Virus record (IMG/VR): IMGVR_UViG_3300042446_001034
Coordinates: 1 to 56,802 of that record
Length of the DNA: 56,802 nucleotides
Reading direction: 5' to 3' (one strand)
Source: a virus
Lineage: Duplodnaviria; Caudoviricetes
Both the position numbers and the translations under genes were made by a program. Positions within the stretch are counted from its first letter, which is position 1; every line of letters begins with the position of its first letter. This document shows, piece by piece, positions 1 to 10,090 of the stretch. The notes under the pieces were generated by a model. The model worked only from the letters and a program-made list of their open reading frames with translations, ran no database searches and was not told the DNA's origin.

Positions 1-451
1 TTTTCTTTTCCATGTCATGATCATCCATGTCATGGTCACCGTCGTCATCTTGATCTAGAGTTTTGATCAAGGGTTTTTCATCTGCGTGATCTTTTTCGTG
101 TGCATCAAGATCTCCGCTGTTATCATAGTCGCTGTCCATGTCTGGCAGCATTTTCAATGGAGGTAGTCCGCCCATAGCGCCTCCCATAGGCTTGTCCATA
201 GGTTCGATGCTGATAGAATTCATCGGTGCTGGCTGATTAATCATGTCTGGATTAACTTTGGTCATCAGCTTCATTAGTTCTTCGATGTTGTCCATGCCTT
301 GTGCATTGAGATTTAAACTCATGCTTGGTGGCGGTGTGTCTGGTTTCTCTGGCATCGATGGCATGCTCATTGGCATAGGTGAGTCACCACAGGCTTCTGT
401 GGCGGGCCTGTCTAATTCCTGCATTTTTGCCATTAGTTCTTGAAAGTTCAT
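1..451 (-). CDS. Acidic, Met/Pro-rich hypothetical protein, probably head-associated (3' end runs off the window)
   Basis: ATG at 451 gives MNFQELMAKMQELDRP...DQDDDGDHDMDDHDMEKK, open to the window edge and directly behind the 454..1050 ORF; not in the ORF track because it is partial. Confidence 0.65.
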   Translation of the reverse strand, partial: MNFQELMAKMQELDRPATEACGDSPMPMSMPSMPEKPDTPPPSMSLNLNAQGMDNIEELMKLMTKVNPDMINQPAPMNSISIEPMDKPMGGAMGGLPPLKMLPDMDSDYDNSGDLDAHEKDHADEKPLIKTLDQDDDGDHDMDDHDMEKK

Positions 452-453
452 AG

Positions 454-1050
454 TTAATTTCCTTTGCGTGGATCTTGTTTGCCAGCGTTTGACATTGGAC
501 TCATAGATCCAGCTTTGTCTGTTTTTTGCTTGGGTATTTTATATTCAGCAGCAAATCCATCTTTGGTTCTCTGCTTGGCTGTTTTGCTTAAATCTTTAAG
601 AAACCCTTTGTTAAAATCATCACCAAAATAATCTTTGTGTTTGATTTTTCCTGTGCCTTTGTCTAAATCTTGTTCATCCAACATGGCTTCACCGCTGGGT
701 TCATCGTCCAGCAATACCTGATCTGCTTCTGTAGGCTCGCCACTGTTTCTAACACGGAAACAATCTTCATCAATGCCCATGGCTTTGACATGAGTAGCAA
801 TTTCAGGCGGTGTTGTAGGATATTCGCAGATCACTTCATATATAGTAACCTGCATGTTTTCTTTGCCTGGAAAATCTAAGGGCAATTTTTGTATAGGTGT
901 TGTTGACAGCTTTTCAAAGGTCATAACCTTGCAACTGTCCAGGCGTGACTTTAGTGCTTCTTGGAATTTTTCAGGAACATCGCCCGCAACTTTGATCTTA
1001 AAGCTGTAAATTTTTTTGTTTTCGACGAGATATTCTTTAAAAGTTTTCAT
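454..1050 (-). CDS. Hypothetical virion/internal head protein
   Basis: 198 aa ORF; N-terminus MKTFKEYLVE resembles the T4 internal-protein capsid-targeting sequence; TAAATA 5 nt upstream. Confidence 0.6.
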   Translation of the reverse strand: MKTFKEYLVENKKIYSFKIKVAGDVPEKFQEALKSRLDSCKVMTFEKLSTTPIQKLPLDFPGKENMQVTIYEVICEYPTTPPEIATHVKAMGIDEDCFRVRNSGEPTEADQVLLDDEPSGEAMLDEQDLDKGTGKIKHKDYFGDDFNKGFLKDLSKTAKQRTKDGFAAEYKIPKQKTDKAGSMSPMSNAGKQDPRKGN

Positions 1051-1058
1051 ATGAGTAT

Positions 1059-1529
1059 TTATGCTTTTCCGCTTAATTTTTTCAGCAGTTCGTTACGGTC
1101 TGTGATCACATAACCCTGCCCATTTATTACGTTGTTGGGATCTACCCCAGCATCGTTGTCTATTTTTAGTTTTTTCAGCTGCAGATCCACAGCTTTGAGT
1201 TTCTTTTCTATCTTGTTGCTTTTGGCAGTGATAGCGTTGCCCATCATTGAGCTAGCTACTTCAAATATCCTACCCGAATATCTCACTTCTACATTCATGC
1301 CTAGATCCATGAGATCGTCATAGGCCTGTTCTGCTTTTTTGGCAAGATTATCTAGTTCTTGCTCATCAAGATTTTCTAGTTCTTGTATATGTGGCAGTGT
1401 TTGCACGATCTTTTGCACTGCTTGATACTGATCATCGAGACTGTTGATTTCTTCATGCACAGGCGGTGGTGGTGCTGCCGGTTCAGCTTGAGATTCTAAA
1501 TCAAATAGTTCTTCTAATTTTTTCGTCAT
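1059..1529 (-). CDS. Probable terminase small subunit (gp16-like)
   Basis: 156 aa helical protein with YDDLMDLG..VE.R..GRIFEVASSM and C-terminal ITDRNELLK, a gp16-like pattern; located near gp4. Confidence 0.55.
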   Translation of the reverse strand: MTKKLEELFDLESQAEPAAPPPPVHEEINSLDDQYQAVQKIVQTLPHIQELENLDEQELDNLAKKAEQAYDDLMDLGMNVEVRYSGRIFEVASSMMGNAITAKSNKIEKKLKAVDLQLKKLKIDNDAGVDPNNVINGQGYVITDRNELLKKLSGKA

Positions 1530-2104
1530 ATCATACTTATCTGTGTTTTAACCCAGTCTCTATATTCTACAGTTTTAAATTCTATATCTTTATTCACATA
1601 CCAGGTTTCAAAATGACATTCACCTGTCCAAGATTTTCTTCTTCTAGTAGCAAATACGTTATTTACTGCAACTCTGTAGCCTTTACTATCTAAATATTCT
1701 TTTGCAGAATTACATGTTTCCAAAAATCCTTTTTCTTCTCGCCAATAATCGTCATGTTCAAAAGTAATACAGTCAAAAACAATACCCTGATCGATTACAT
1801 TTTTGAGCACCTGCAATGTTAATTCTGGAGGATTAATGTCACAACTCAAATATCCCATTCGATCTTTTAAATTATACTTATAATTAACTGCGTCTGTATA
1901 ATAGCAAGAATTACTTCTGATATTGTTCCAATCTTCTTTAAAATCTGTATTAAGTTCTAAACTAATACCAGTCCAACCCTGTTTTTCTAACAAAAAAGTA
2001 TTATTCATTTTTATAGGATCTGCTGCACCAATCTCTACATATGATTTGTGATTACATATTTGAAGCGCAAAGATATCTTGACCAACCTGTGAATAATGCA
2101 TCAT
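1526..2104 (-). CDS. FkbM-family (Methyltransf_21-like) SAM-dependent methyltransferase
   Basis: YSQVGQD, VEIGAADP, NNTFLLEKQGWTG, LSCDI and ITFEHD motifs; AT-rich DNA. Confidence 0.7.
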   Translation of the reverse strand: MMHYSQVGQDIFALQICNHKSYVEIGAADPIKMNNTFLLEKQGWTGISLELNTDFKEDWNNIRSNSCYYTDAVNYKYNLKDRMGYLSCDINPPELTLQVLKNVIDQGIVFDCITFEHDDYWREEKGFLETCNSAKEYLDSKGYRVAVNNVFATRRRKSWTGECHFETWYVNKDIEFKTVEYRDWVKTQISMI

Positions 2105-2541
2105 TTTCTTTTTGATCCTTGATGGAAAATATCACCTTCGTTGACTACCCTAAATCTTAGTCCCTGCTGCTTGCACCAAGCTGTAGCAGCCTCCCATTTG
2201 GCCATATTTTTGATATACTGTTCTTGATTGTATCTGCTTTTTCCTACCGATTCTCTTAGGGTTTGACTCTGCGGTTTCACCTCAACGACTTCTGCATGCT
2301 TCTTGCCAGTTTTGTCTTTGTAGACCACAAAGAAATCAGGCACATATATTGTGTATTTGCCAGTCAAGGGATCTCTATACGGTATCTGTATGCTTTCGCT
2401 GGCCCAATTTTCTACACCTTGATGCTCATCCAACATGCGCATGAACACAAATTCCCATGAACTACGAGCCAATGGTGTTTTCTTGCCAACATACTTGGCA
2501 GGGTTTTTCATTTCAAATCGTCCCTGTGCGAATTTAGACAT
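2101..2541 (-). CDS. gp4: Head completion nuclease (T4 gp4-like, TnsA-like fold)
   Basis: NPAKYVG, RSSWE, WASE..IPY, YVPDF, EVKP and AKWEAA motifs. Confidence 0.85.
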   Translation of the reverse strand: MSKFAQGRFEMKNPAKYVGKKTPLARSSWEFVFMRMLDEHQGVENWASESIQIPYRDPLTGKYTIYVPDFFVVYKDKTGKKHAEVVEVKPQSQTLRESVGKSRYNQEQYIKNMAKWEAATAWCKQQGLRFRVVNEGDIFHQGSKRK

Positions 2542-2906
2542 TAGGCAGCGATATTTCTAGTCTTATTGGTATTGACGTTTTGAGTTCTATATCCCAATAT
2601 AGATGTAGGCACGCGATTGTTGTTGAGTATTTCTGCAACTATCTGGCTCAGTGAAACTCCTGGAAAATTCTTTAGTGTATCTAAGATTTGAAAAATAGGT
2701 GTGTTGTCGAGCTTGGCCTGTCTTAGTACCACTGCTGCAGAAGTTGAGGCAGCATCGAGATCAAATCCAGCCTGTTGGAAAAAGCTCACAGCAGCGGCGA
2801 CATCGTTGGAGGGAAACTCTAGAGCAGATTCGCCATAGTTTTCAAAATATAGTTTGGTCGCTGCTGCGCTGTCTTCAATAGGTTGTGCTGGTAAATTAGT
2901 AGCCAT
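2541..2906 (-). CDS. Hypothetical structural-region protein
   Basis: 121 aa ORF coupled to both neighbours. Confidence 0.6.
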   Translation of the reverse strand: MATNLPAQPIEDSAAATKLYFENYGESALEFPSNDVAAAVSFFQQAGFDLDAASTSAAVVLRQAKLDNTPIFQILDTLKNFPGVSLSQIVAEILNNNRVPTSILGYRTQNVNTNKTRNIAA

Positions 2907-2908
2907 GA

Positions 2909-3997
2909 TTAATTACCTGTGATATTGCGTTGTCTAGCGTTGGTTGTGGATTCTGTAGTAGCACTTTTAGGAAACACTGTTCCGACAACTCCGCTGACTT
3001 TATCAATTGCTGTTGAAATATTTCCTGGGTTACTTAATATGTTAATGGCTTCGCTGGCTAATTGCTCTTTGCTGAGACTTTTGAAATTTTTGTAGGTGTT
3101 AAAAGTCTTGGCCAAGGTGCCTATAAAACCTCCGGGTGTATCAAACGCTGCTCCGTTACCAATACTGCCAAAAATCTGATCAAGGCCATCTAGTACACCA
3201 CCCTCTCCTGTGAGTGTAGAAACACCACCTCCTGCCACACTCAGTGGACTTGGAACAGTGTCATAGTGCAAGGTTGCAAATCCTTTAGGTGTTCCCACAG
3301 ATACATTGCCTGTGCTGTATCGCACAGCTTCGTATTCTAGAGTCATTTGACTTTCGTTGAATTCACCAGCTGAATAATCCATGCCGCCATGGCTCCATGA
3401 TTTAATTCGAGGATTTACTAATGTGTAACCAACAAATCTTCTACGACTCATGGTATAGATAGTTACAGATTTAAAAAAATCCACGCTCTTGTCATTGTCT
3501 AGGCCATATCGAAAATTGTCTTTGTTAGTACCAGTGGGTCTATAATGATTGGATTCGTAGGCAGCGTTGGGATTATGCCTATCGCCGATGTAGTAGCCAT
3601 AATACAAGGCCCACATGGCACTGATAACATTATTGCTGTCATCGTGCATGTTGATGTTTACTGGATCATAGTTTATCTGCTTGTATACGAGTTTTTTACG
3701 ATTGTATTGATTCATTACTACCGAATCAAAATTAAATTTAGGAAGATCAGCACTCTTGACTAATAGGCCTGCTTCGTTCTTGTGTTTGGCACTGAATGGT
3801 GACATGCCTCGCACTGAATTATCCATTTCAAAATACACGTAAAACAGAAATTTGGTCTTTGGACTGAGCCGTAGCCCGTTGTCAACGAACAATCTAGTGG
3901 CGTGACGATAATCACTCATCTGACCTTTAGGTTTGGTCACACCCTCAATCAAGCCAGAACCGAACTCTGATAGGTATCTTGTGAATTTATTTGCCAT
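2909..3997 (-). CDS. Tail tube-like protein (gp19 paralog / tube initiator-like)
   Basis: PKTKFLFYV, VKSADLPKF, NQYNRK, YDPVNINMHDD and MTLEYE fit a tube fold; directly downstream of gp19. Confidence 0.65.
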   Translation of the reverse strand: MANKFTRYLSEFGSGLIEGVTKPKGQMSDYRHATRLFVDNGLRLSPKTKFLFYVYFEMDNSVRGMSPFSAKHKNEAGLLVKSADLPKFNFDSVVMNQYNRKKLVYKQINYDPVNINMHDDSNNVISAMWALYYGYYIGDRHNPNAAYESNHYRPTGTNKDNFRYGLDNDKSVDFFKSVTIYTMSRRRFVGYTLVNPRIKSWSHGGMDYSAGEFNESQMTLEYEAVRYSTGNVSVGTPKGFATLHYDTVPSPLSVAGGGVSTLTGEGGVLDGLDQIFGSIGNGAAFDTPGGFIGTLAKTFNTYKNFKSLSKEQLASEAINILSNPGNISTAIDKVSGVVGTVFPKSATTESTTNARQRNITGN

Positions 3998-4014
3998 ACA
4001 AATATTTATGCCAC

Positions 4015-4041
4015 AAAAAAAGCCCGATTTTTAGTCGGGCT
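4015..4041 (-). terminator. Rho-independent terminator after tail tube gene
   Basis: agcccgat-tttta-gtcgggct hairpin followed on the minus strand by a T7 run. Confidence 0.8.
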
Positions 4042-4057
4042 ATTTTGAAGATTATGA

Positions 4058-4708
4058 TTAACCTTGTGCTGTAGAAGCGCCTGTAGTTGCTGCGCCAATA
4101 GTTCTGCCAACTGCTGCGCCAATGCCGCCTATTGGGCTCACTGCTGCTGCACCTGCTGCGAACTGTGATAGGTTGTCATAGACAATAGACAGAGCAACAG
4201 TCATATGCTCATTGGTGCTGTAGTTTGCATCACCATAGTCTGCATTTTGAATGAAGCATCCATATAGTTCAAATGTTTCTAAAGTGCTTGGTACTAGCAA
4301 TCCGTTACCGCCGTCAAGAACTTCTATACGTGTGGTAAATTTGTAGTCAATGCCTGAACGTGCTGACGCCTGTTCCATGAAATCGAACTGCTTCTGGATT
4401 TGTTGCCCTACCATTTTCTGAACTTGACCACTAGCATCATCACGCAGTGTTAGAGTCACTGGTTCTAGACTGTGTCGACCAGCAAGTTTGACCTTGCTGT
4501 TGTATACGTCCAGAGCCATTTCTTCAAATGATACTTTTGGTCTTGTAACGTCCTGCACCTGTTTAGTAAGTTCAGTGGCTGCGGTAACTCCAAATCCCAA
4601 CAGTGTAACTCTAAAGCGATATTTTAATTTTGGCATCAACAGCACTTGAGTGCTGCCAGCTGCGTTGGTAGTTGGAATACCAATGTTGTTAAGCGATGTA
4701 ATTGCCAT
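4058..4708 (-). CDS. gp19: Tail tube protein
   Basis: LMPKLKYRFRV, VTLTLRDD and FELYGCF motifs; immediately after the sheath gene. Confidence 0.85.
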   Translation of the reverse strand: MAITSLNNIGIPTTNAAGSTQVLLMPKLKYRFRVTLLGFGVTAATELTKQVQDVTRPKVSFEEMALDVYNSKVKLAGRHSLEPVTLTLRDDASGQVQKMVGQQIQKQFDFMEQASARSGIDYKFTTRIEVLDGGNGLLVPSTLETFELYGCFIQNADYGDANYSTNEHMTVALSIVYDNLSQFAAGAAAVSPIGGIGAAVGRTIGAATTGASTAQG

Positions 4709-4710
4709 TT

Positions 4711-7700
4711 TTAAATTTCTCCTGTGTTCTTGATACGCAATGGAATGTAAATGAACTCAATGGCTTTCACTGGCTCTATAGCGATATCAACATAAAGTTC
4801 GTTGCGATCGATACGAGACGGAGTGTTGTTGCTTTCATCACACACAACCGCAAAGTCGTAGATTGCTCTCAAGCCTACCAATTCCAACAATAGGCTTTCT
4901 GCCGCTTGTTTGATTTCATCTCTGGTAATCTTGTCGTTGGGTTCAAACAAATATGGACGAGCCAATTTGTTCAACTGGCTACGTAGATATACTACCAAAC
5001 GTGCTACGTTGATACGATCTAGTGCTGATGCATTTCTTGCACGAGTCTTTTGACCGTAGGCTACAAGTCCCACTCCGTTGAAGAATGGAATTGGATTAAC
5101 CTTTAGTTCATATAGTGTATCACGTTGACCTTCGTTGAGTGCTACAGTTTGGAACTCGCCTGTGGCTGCATCAATATAGCCCACTGCTGTGGCATTAGTA
5201 ATACCACCACGACGTGTGCCTGCTGGTGCAAACCATGGGAAACTGACATTATCGCTGAGTGCGATAGTTTTCAGCATCATATGACTTGCTGGAACCACTG
5301 CATTAGAACCACTTAGGTCAGTGGTAAATCCATTTGGATAGTATGTAGCCAAATATTCATCATAGGTCACAATACCGTCATCGCCGTTGTCTGTGACCAA
5401 TTCTGCATTAGTTCCCCAGTTGTTTAATGATGTAGCATCTGCAGGTAATCTCAATGGAGTATCACCTATGACAAATGCAGTGATACCTCTATCAATGTTG
5501 AGATTAACTAGATTGCTCATTGTTTCTGGATAACCTGGGCAAGCTATGATGTTGAAGTTTCTTCTTTCTTCATCACGGATTTCTTGGCTTGTATCAATCA
5601 CTGACTTCAAAGCCTGTGTAACTACCTTGCGTTGTGCTTTGCGACCAAAACTGCCTGACCCGTCTTCGTTGTTGCCTGAAGCGGTGACCCAACGATCTGG
5701 GAAGTATCCGTCCATGCTTAGACCTGCACCGCTGACAAATGCATTACCTGCCAGTGTAGCTGTGCTGGTTCTTGGGTTGTCGCCAGCTGTGTCAATGTAG
5801 TTGTTGCTGTATTTCTTGACATTACCACCACTGCGTCTTAGATTCCACAGCAGCATGCCTTTGGGATATAGTGCTGGATCTGGAGCATCTGGGTCCAAGA
5901 AATTATGTGTTACTAAATCTTCTATAGTTGCTTGTGCTGAGCTTGTACCGGTAGTGTTCCAACGAGCATCTGCAAACAACACACCTTCTTCTGTGGTTTG
6001 ATCTGTCTTGTCCACTAATTCCCAACGCAGAGTTACATCGCCGATGTCGCTTAAATTGCTGTTGTATCTATAAATTGTTGGGAAGTTTTCCAAATCTGCT
6101 GTGCTGATCCATAAGTCGCCTGATACAGTTACTCCAGCCACATATGGATTGCTGGCAGCTACTATTGGTAGGTAACCAGTTCTTAAAGTAGTGGTAGCAG
6201 CTTCATAGTAGGGTGATGTTGCGTGTCTGTAGCCCACAAAAGTATTACCGTTGTGAACCATGATGTCAACATCAGCAAAGTTTGGATTATACCACAGTTG
6301 TTGATCTCCAGGTTCGTTCAATGGAGCATCTGGGGTGGCTGCGAATCTTGGATCTGATGCAGCCAATGGTTGATAACCTGAAGCTAGATAGTCTTGTGCA
6401 GCACCTGCAGCAAGATCTTCTGCTCCCACTGCTCCACTTCCCAATGAGATATTGTAGAAGTTTTCTGTGCCTGATCTAGTCTTGAGATTGTAGGCTGTGA
6501 ACAGAGTTGACAAAGGAGTACCTGTGCCGTCGGTGAGTCTAAAATCACCGCCATCGTTGTGTGTAATAACCAGTCTGCTCTGTGTTGGTGTAACAGCTAC
6601 TACAGATGCTTCAATGTTTGTGAATCCAGCTGCATTAATAGCAGCGGCAAACTTGTCTGCATCGCTGTTGTCGCCTGTAGGCGCATTTGCTGGAACATTT
6701 GTTGATGCTAGAGAAATAGTCTTAGCAGTATCTAGAGCCAACTGACCTACTATGCTTTCGGCAAGTGTAAACTCTGTTGTAGCACCGGCAGTAAATGTAC
6801 CGCTCTTGATAATATTGCTGGTTACACTAGTGCCCTGACCGATACCAATGTGTCTATACCATACACGGAATTCAGCTGTGTTTGGTGTAGTGTCAAATCC
6901 ACTGTTTTCCTGTGCATTGCTCTGCACAAACAATGTGTCTGCTGAAATATTGGCGCCGCCGCCGCTGCGATCTAGATAAAATAGTGCTGCGTTTGTGGAA
7001 GCATAAATTGGTGCCTCTGATGCCACCCATGACTGTGTAGCAGAACTCCATTGCTTGGCTCTCCAACGAGCGCCACGATTTGGTTCTGTGGTTTTAATCC
7101 ACACAGATCCAGTAGCAACGCCTTCCACTGTAGTTACGTTGTCAGTGCGTTTGAAAGCAGGAATATCTGTGTGAGGTGTTTGTTGCAGTCTTGGACTGAT
7201 GTATTCACCTGTAGTAATACCGATAGCAGCCCATGATGCTGTGCCGTTGTCTAGCTTGATGTTACCATCTGGGCCAGTAGAATCGCCTGTTCCGCTGCCT
7301 ATTGATCTACCATCTGAATAAATGTAGAGTCTGTTAGATAATACTTTTGCAGTTACACCTGTGATAGCTGCCGAATTAATATTATCTCTAATTGTGTTTA
7401 ATGATCCTGCAGCAATTGAAGTGCTGTTTACAAACAAGGTTCCGCTGAGTGCAGCACCAGTGTATGTATTACTTACTGCTAATGGCCAGCTGGCTTTCCA
7501 CTCATTAGACCCTACCAATACCCATTCGCCAGCATCAACTGCTGTGCCACCACCTGCTACGCCACCGTTGCCTGATGACTTGTAATAGATTCTTGCTAGA
7601 TCTTCTGCTGTGCCGTAGGCACCGTCACCTTCTACTGTTTGAAATACCACTGCGTAGTCGCCGATTTGACCCACTGCAGCCTTAGGAGCATTGTTTTCAA

Positions 7701-8235
7701 TCTTGGCCGGAAAATCTGCATCTGTTAGCACCAACGGTACTTTGTTGGTAAATTTCTGTCCGCCTGCCGTTGATCCTGCGGCACTGTTCCACTCTTGGAT
7801 ACCCCAAGTTGTGGCCTGGGTGTCAATCCACCATTTGCCGTTTACAGGGTTCGCTCCCGGGGCATCTACTTCTGCTGCGAGTTGGTCTAGATCTACATCA
7901 GCTCGAACAATAAATGCCGCGTTGCTTACACCTAATAAACTGTAGGCTGCTAATAGTCCATATTCGTTGCGCTCTGAACCATGGATAGGAGTTGAACTCG
8001 CTGTCTGTTCAAAGAACGGAATTCCAAACAGATCTGTGAGATCTCGTTGACTCGTAATTTTAAATGCTTTGCCAGCATTTGCTTTGGTTGTTGCTGAAGC
8101 TGTGTTTGTACCAGCTCCGTTTGTTTTATCTTGGGCTGTAGCTACGACAATAAGAGGGACCGTACCAGGTTCTGCTGGTGTATAAAAACTCTCGTCGATT
8201 ACCGTAACTTGTACGCCTGGTGATGTTAGTGCCAT
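4711..8235 (-). CDS. gp18: Contractile tail sheath protein with large internal insertion
   Basis: SPGVQVTVIDES N-terminus; C-terminal PWFAPAGTRRG, LDRINVARL, FEPND and IEPVKAIEFIYIP; AGGAG SD upstream. Confidence 0.93.
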   Translation of the reverse strand: MALTSPGVQVTVIDESFYTPAEPGTVPLIVVATAQDKTNGAGTNTASATTKANAGKAFKITSQRDLTDLFGIPFFEQTASSTPIHGSERNEYGLLAAYSLLGVSNAAFIVRADVDLDQLAAEVDAPGANPVNGKWWIDTQATTWGIQEWNSAAGSTAGGQKFTNKVPLVLTDADFPAKIENNAPKAAVGQIGDYAVVFQTVEGDGAYGTAEDLARIYYKSSGNGGVAGGGTAVDAGEWVLVGSNEWKASWPLAVSNTYTGAALSGTLFVNSTSIAAGSLNTIRDNINSAAITGVTAKVLSNRLYIYSDGRSIGSGTGDSTGPDGNIKLDNGTASWAAIGITTGEYISPRLQQTPHTDIPAFKRTDNVTTVEGVATGSVWIKTTEPNRGARWRAKQWSSATQSWVASEAPIYASTNAALFYLDRSGGGANISADTLFVQSNAQENSGFDTTPNTAEFRVWYRHIGIGQGTSVTSNIIKSGTFTAGATTEFTLAESIVGQLALDTAKTISLASTNVPANAPTGDNSDADKFAAAINAAGFTNIEASVVAVTPTQSRLVITHNDGGDFRLTDGTGTPLSTLFTAYNLKTRSGTENFYNISLGSGAVGAEDLAAGAAQDYLASGYQPLAASDPRFAATPDAPLNEPGDQQLWYNPNFADVDIMVHNGNTFVGYRHATSPYYEAATTTLRTGYLPIVAASNPYVAGVTVSGDLWISTADLENFPTIYRYNSNLSDIGDVTLRWELVDKTDQTTEEGVLFADARWNTTGTSSAQATIEDLVTHNFLDPDAPDPALYPKGMLLWNLRRSGGNVKKYSNNYIDTAGDNPRTSTATLAGNAFVSGAGLSMDGYFPDRWVTASGNNEDGSGSFGRKAQRKVVTQALKSVIDTSQEIRDEERRNFNIIACPGYPETMSNLVNLNIDRGITAFVIGDTPLRLPADATSLNNWGTNAELVTDNGDDGIVTYDEYLATYYPNGFTTDLSGSNAVVPASHMMLKTIALSDNVSFPWFAPAGTRRGGITNATAVGYIDAATGEFQTVALNEGQRDTLYELKVNPIPFFNGVGLVAYGQKTRARNASALDRINVARLVVYLRSQLNKLARPYLFEPNDKITRDEIKQAAESLLLELVGLRAIYDFAVVCDESNNTPSRIDRNELYVDIAIEPVKAIEFIYIPLRIKNTGEI

Positions 8236-8268
8236 ATCGCCTATTCTCCTGGTAATAGTTGCTCATAA

Positions 8269-8335
8269 TATTTAGCATTCTATTCCAAAAACAGCAAGTT
8301 AGGCGCCGAACAAAAGGGGTCTAAAAGGGTAAATA
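8269..8335. promoter_or_regulatory. Divergent late-type promoters (TAAATA) for gp18 (-) and the HNH-like gene (+)
   Basis: tattta at 8269-8274 and taaata at 8330-8335. Confidence 0.5.
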
Positions 8336-8339
8336 TCAA

Positions 8340-8678
8340 ATGCGACCACTATGCAAGGCCTGCGCACAGCGACCTAGAGCCATTAATTACTACAAAGACA
8401 CTCGTGCCTATTACAGAACACTGTGTGAAATCTGTCTAGCACACGGTGCAGGTGAGCATGTTCCTCGTTGGCAACGTGCCGGATACAAACCCAAGTCCGT
8501 TTGTGAAAAATGTGGGTGTCGATCTCAACACCCCGAGGTATTTCGAGTGTTCCATGTAGATGAAAATCTCAACAACTGCAGACCCTCAAATCTCAAAACT
8601 GTGTGCTTGAACTGTGCTGCTATCTTAGGCAAAGAGGGTATAACTTGGAGGCAAGGCGATCTTATTGCTGACTACTAG
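8340..8678 (+). CDS. Zn-binding HNH-like protein
   Basis: Four CxxC pairs and FHVDENLNNCRPSNLKTVCLNC, an HNH-like motif. Confidence 0.7.
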   Translation: MRPLCKACAQRPRAINYYKDTRAYYRTLCEICLAHGAGEHVPRWQRAGYKPKSVCEKCGCRSQHPEVFRVFHVDENLNNCRPSNLKTVCLNCAAILGKEGITWRQGDLIADY

Positions 8679-9281
8679 GTTTGCACTCTGTTGATACAGG
8701 TCATCGATAGTGCCATTGTTGTCGATTATCTTGTCAAAATCGTTGCCCAACCATGCCCATTCTGATGCATGTATTTTACGCATCTTCATAGCGTTTAGAC
8801 CTACATTGTTGCCTTGATTGGCGCTGATAGCATCCTCATACCAGTCGGGCAACTCACCACGCTGCACCCAAACAATTTGGCCACCTGCATCTTTGATTGA
8901 TTTAATTTCATTGGGGAAACGACAGTCCGAAATTACAATGTGATCTTTGCTGAGACGCAGTTTATTTTCTAGGCTGGCAATCCAAATATCATCATGGAAT
9001 GCTTTACGGCATACTTCCGTGCCCCAGTATTGTAGAACCCATCTAGGAGTTAATGTAGGCATGTCTAAGCGTTCTGCCCACCAAGGATCTACTTGTTCCC
9101 GCCACTCGCGAGCCTGTGCTGTGCGACCTTCCAGCATGGTTCGATCCCATCCAAACACACTGGCCACAGCATCTTTGAGTGTCGACGCAAAACTTTCTCT
9201 GCGAAATTCGTGAAAATTAACTAGATAATCGGCTACCGTATCTTTGCCCGAGCCTATAAAACCGCATACACCTATAATCAT
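8625..9281 (-). CDS. Deoxynucleoside monophosphate kinase (T4 gp1-like)
   Basis: P-loop GFIGSGKDT; SFASTLKD, TPRWVLQYWGTE, ISDCRFPNE and HASE motifs. Confidence 0.88.
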   Translation of the reverse strand: MIIGVCGFIGSGKDTVADYLVNFHEFRRESFASTLKDAVASVFGWDRTMLEGRTAQAREWREQVDPWWAERLDMPTLTPRWVLQYWGTEVCRKAFHDDIWIASLENKLRLSKDHIVISDCRFPNEIKSIKDAGGQIVWVQRGELPDWYEDAISANQGNNVGLNAMKMRKIHASEWAWLGNDFDKIIDNNGTIDDLYQQSANLVVSNKIALPPSYTLFA

Positions 9282-9326
9282 AAATTGTCCCCTTTAGAAC
9301 AATTATAATATAGATTAGTTATAAGG

Positions 9327-10085
9327 TCAACCAGTTATCCAGGTATAGCCGCTGCCGCCGGGAACCAATTTCATCAAGTCGTCGGTGAGTTTTTCCATCT
9401 CGGCCTGTGCTTCGGTGATCAGTGCTGTGCCATTGAGCTGTGTGCCACCCTGTGGTCCAGCAATCTGTCCAAACTTTGATCGAGCCTGTCCAAGCATCAT
9501 TTTGCAGTTGGCCAATGAATAATCCTTGATCCACTGTCCGGAATACACATCATCGATGATTACAAAGTCGGGTCGGCTGTTGTATACCTGTAGCATCACA
9601 GATTCATCTCCGCGAGGACGTTGATGTATGATCAGCTTGTGACTCTGTGGATGCCATGTAAAGTTAATAAATGAACCAAACATCTTACCTACCAGCTCCT
9701 GGTACTGACTAAACAGTTCATAGGTTAACAAGCCACCCATGTTAGTGCTGCTTAATAAGTAGGTATTGGCATAGGCCAAGTTGAACGGCTCAAACACAGT
9801 TCCACCTGTGCCGTTGCCAGTTCTTGATCCCACTGATCTACGGAATATTTGACGTACCTGCTGTATTTCTTTAGGTAGTATATATTCGTTAGTGCTCTCA
9901 GTAAGGGTTAAAAACGCATAACTTTCTTCTACAGCGTTATCGCTTCGCTGACGGAAAACTGCTAGAGCACGATTAAGTGCTGTATCGTAGTGGATAGGGT
10001 CTAGTTCTACGTCTACCATACCATCGCCTAGCATGGCTTTGCAGTAGTTGTAAACAGAATTTTTGGCTTGGTCTGATGTGCTCAT
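9327..10085 (-). CDS. gp13: Neck protein gp13-like
   Basis: LG...VDVEL, WIKDYSLA.CK..LG.ARSKF and GPQGGTQLNG motifs. Confidence 0.8.
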   Translation of the reverse strand: MSTSDQAKNSVYNYCKAMLGDGMVDVELDPIHYDTALNRALAVFRQRSDNAVEESYAFLTLTESTNEYILPKEIQQVRQIFRRSVGSRTGNGTGGTVFEPFNLAYANTYLLSSTNMGGLLTYELFSQYQELVGKMFGSFINFTWHPQSHKLIIHQRPRGDESVMLQVYNSRPDFVIIDDVYSGQWIKDYSLANCKMMLGQARSKFGQIAGPQGGTQLNGTALITEAQAEMEKLTDDLMKLVPGGSGYTWITG

Positions 10086-10090
10086 ACGAG

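Noticed and set aside
8340-8678. Mobile homing endonuclease or intron
   Set aside because: Free-standing, with a degenerate HNH motif and its own late promoter; neighbouring genes are uninterrupted
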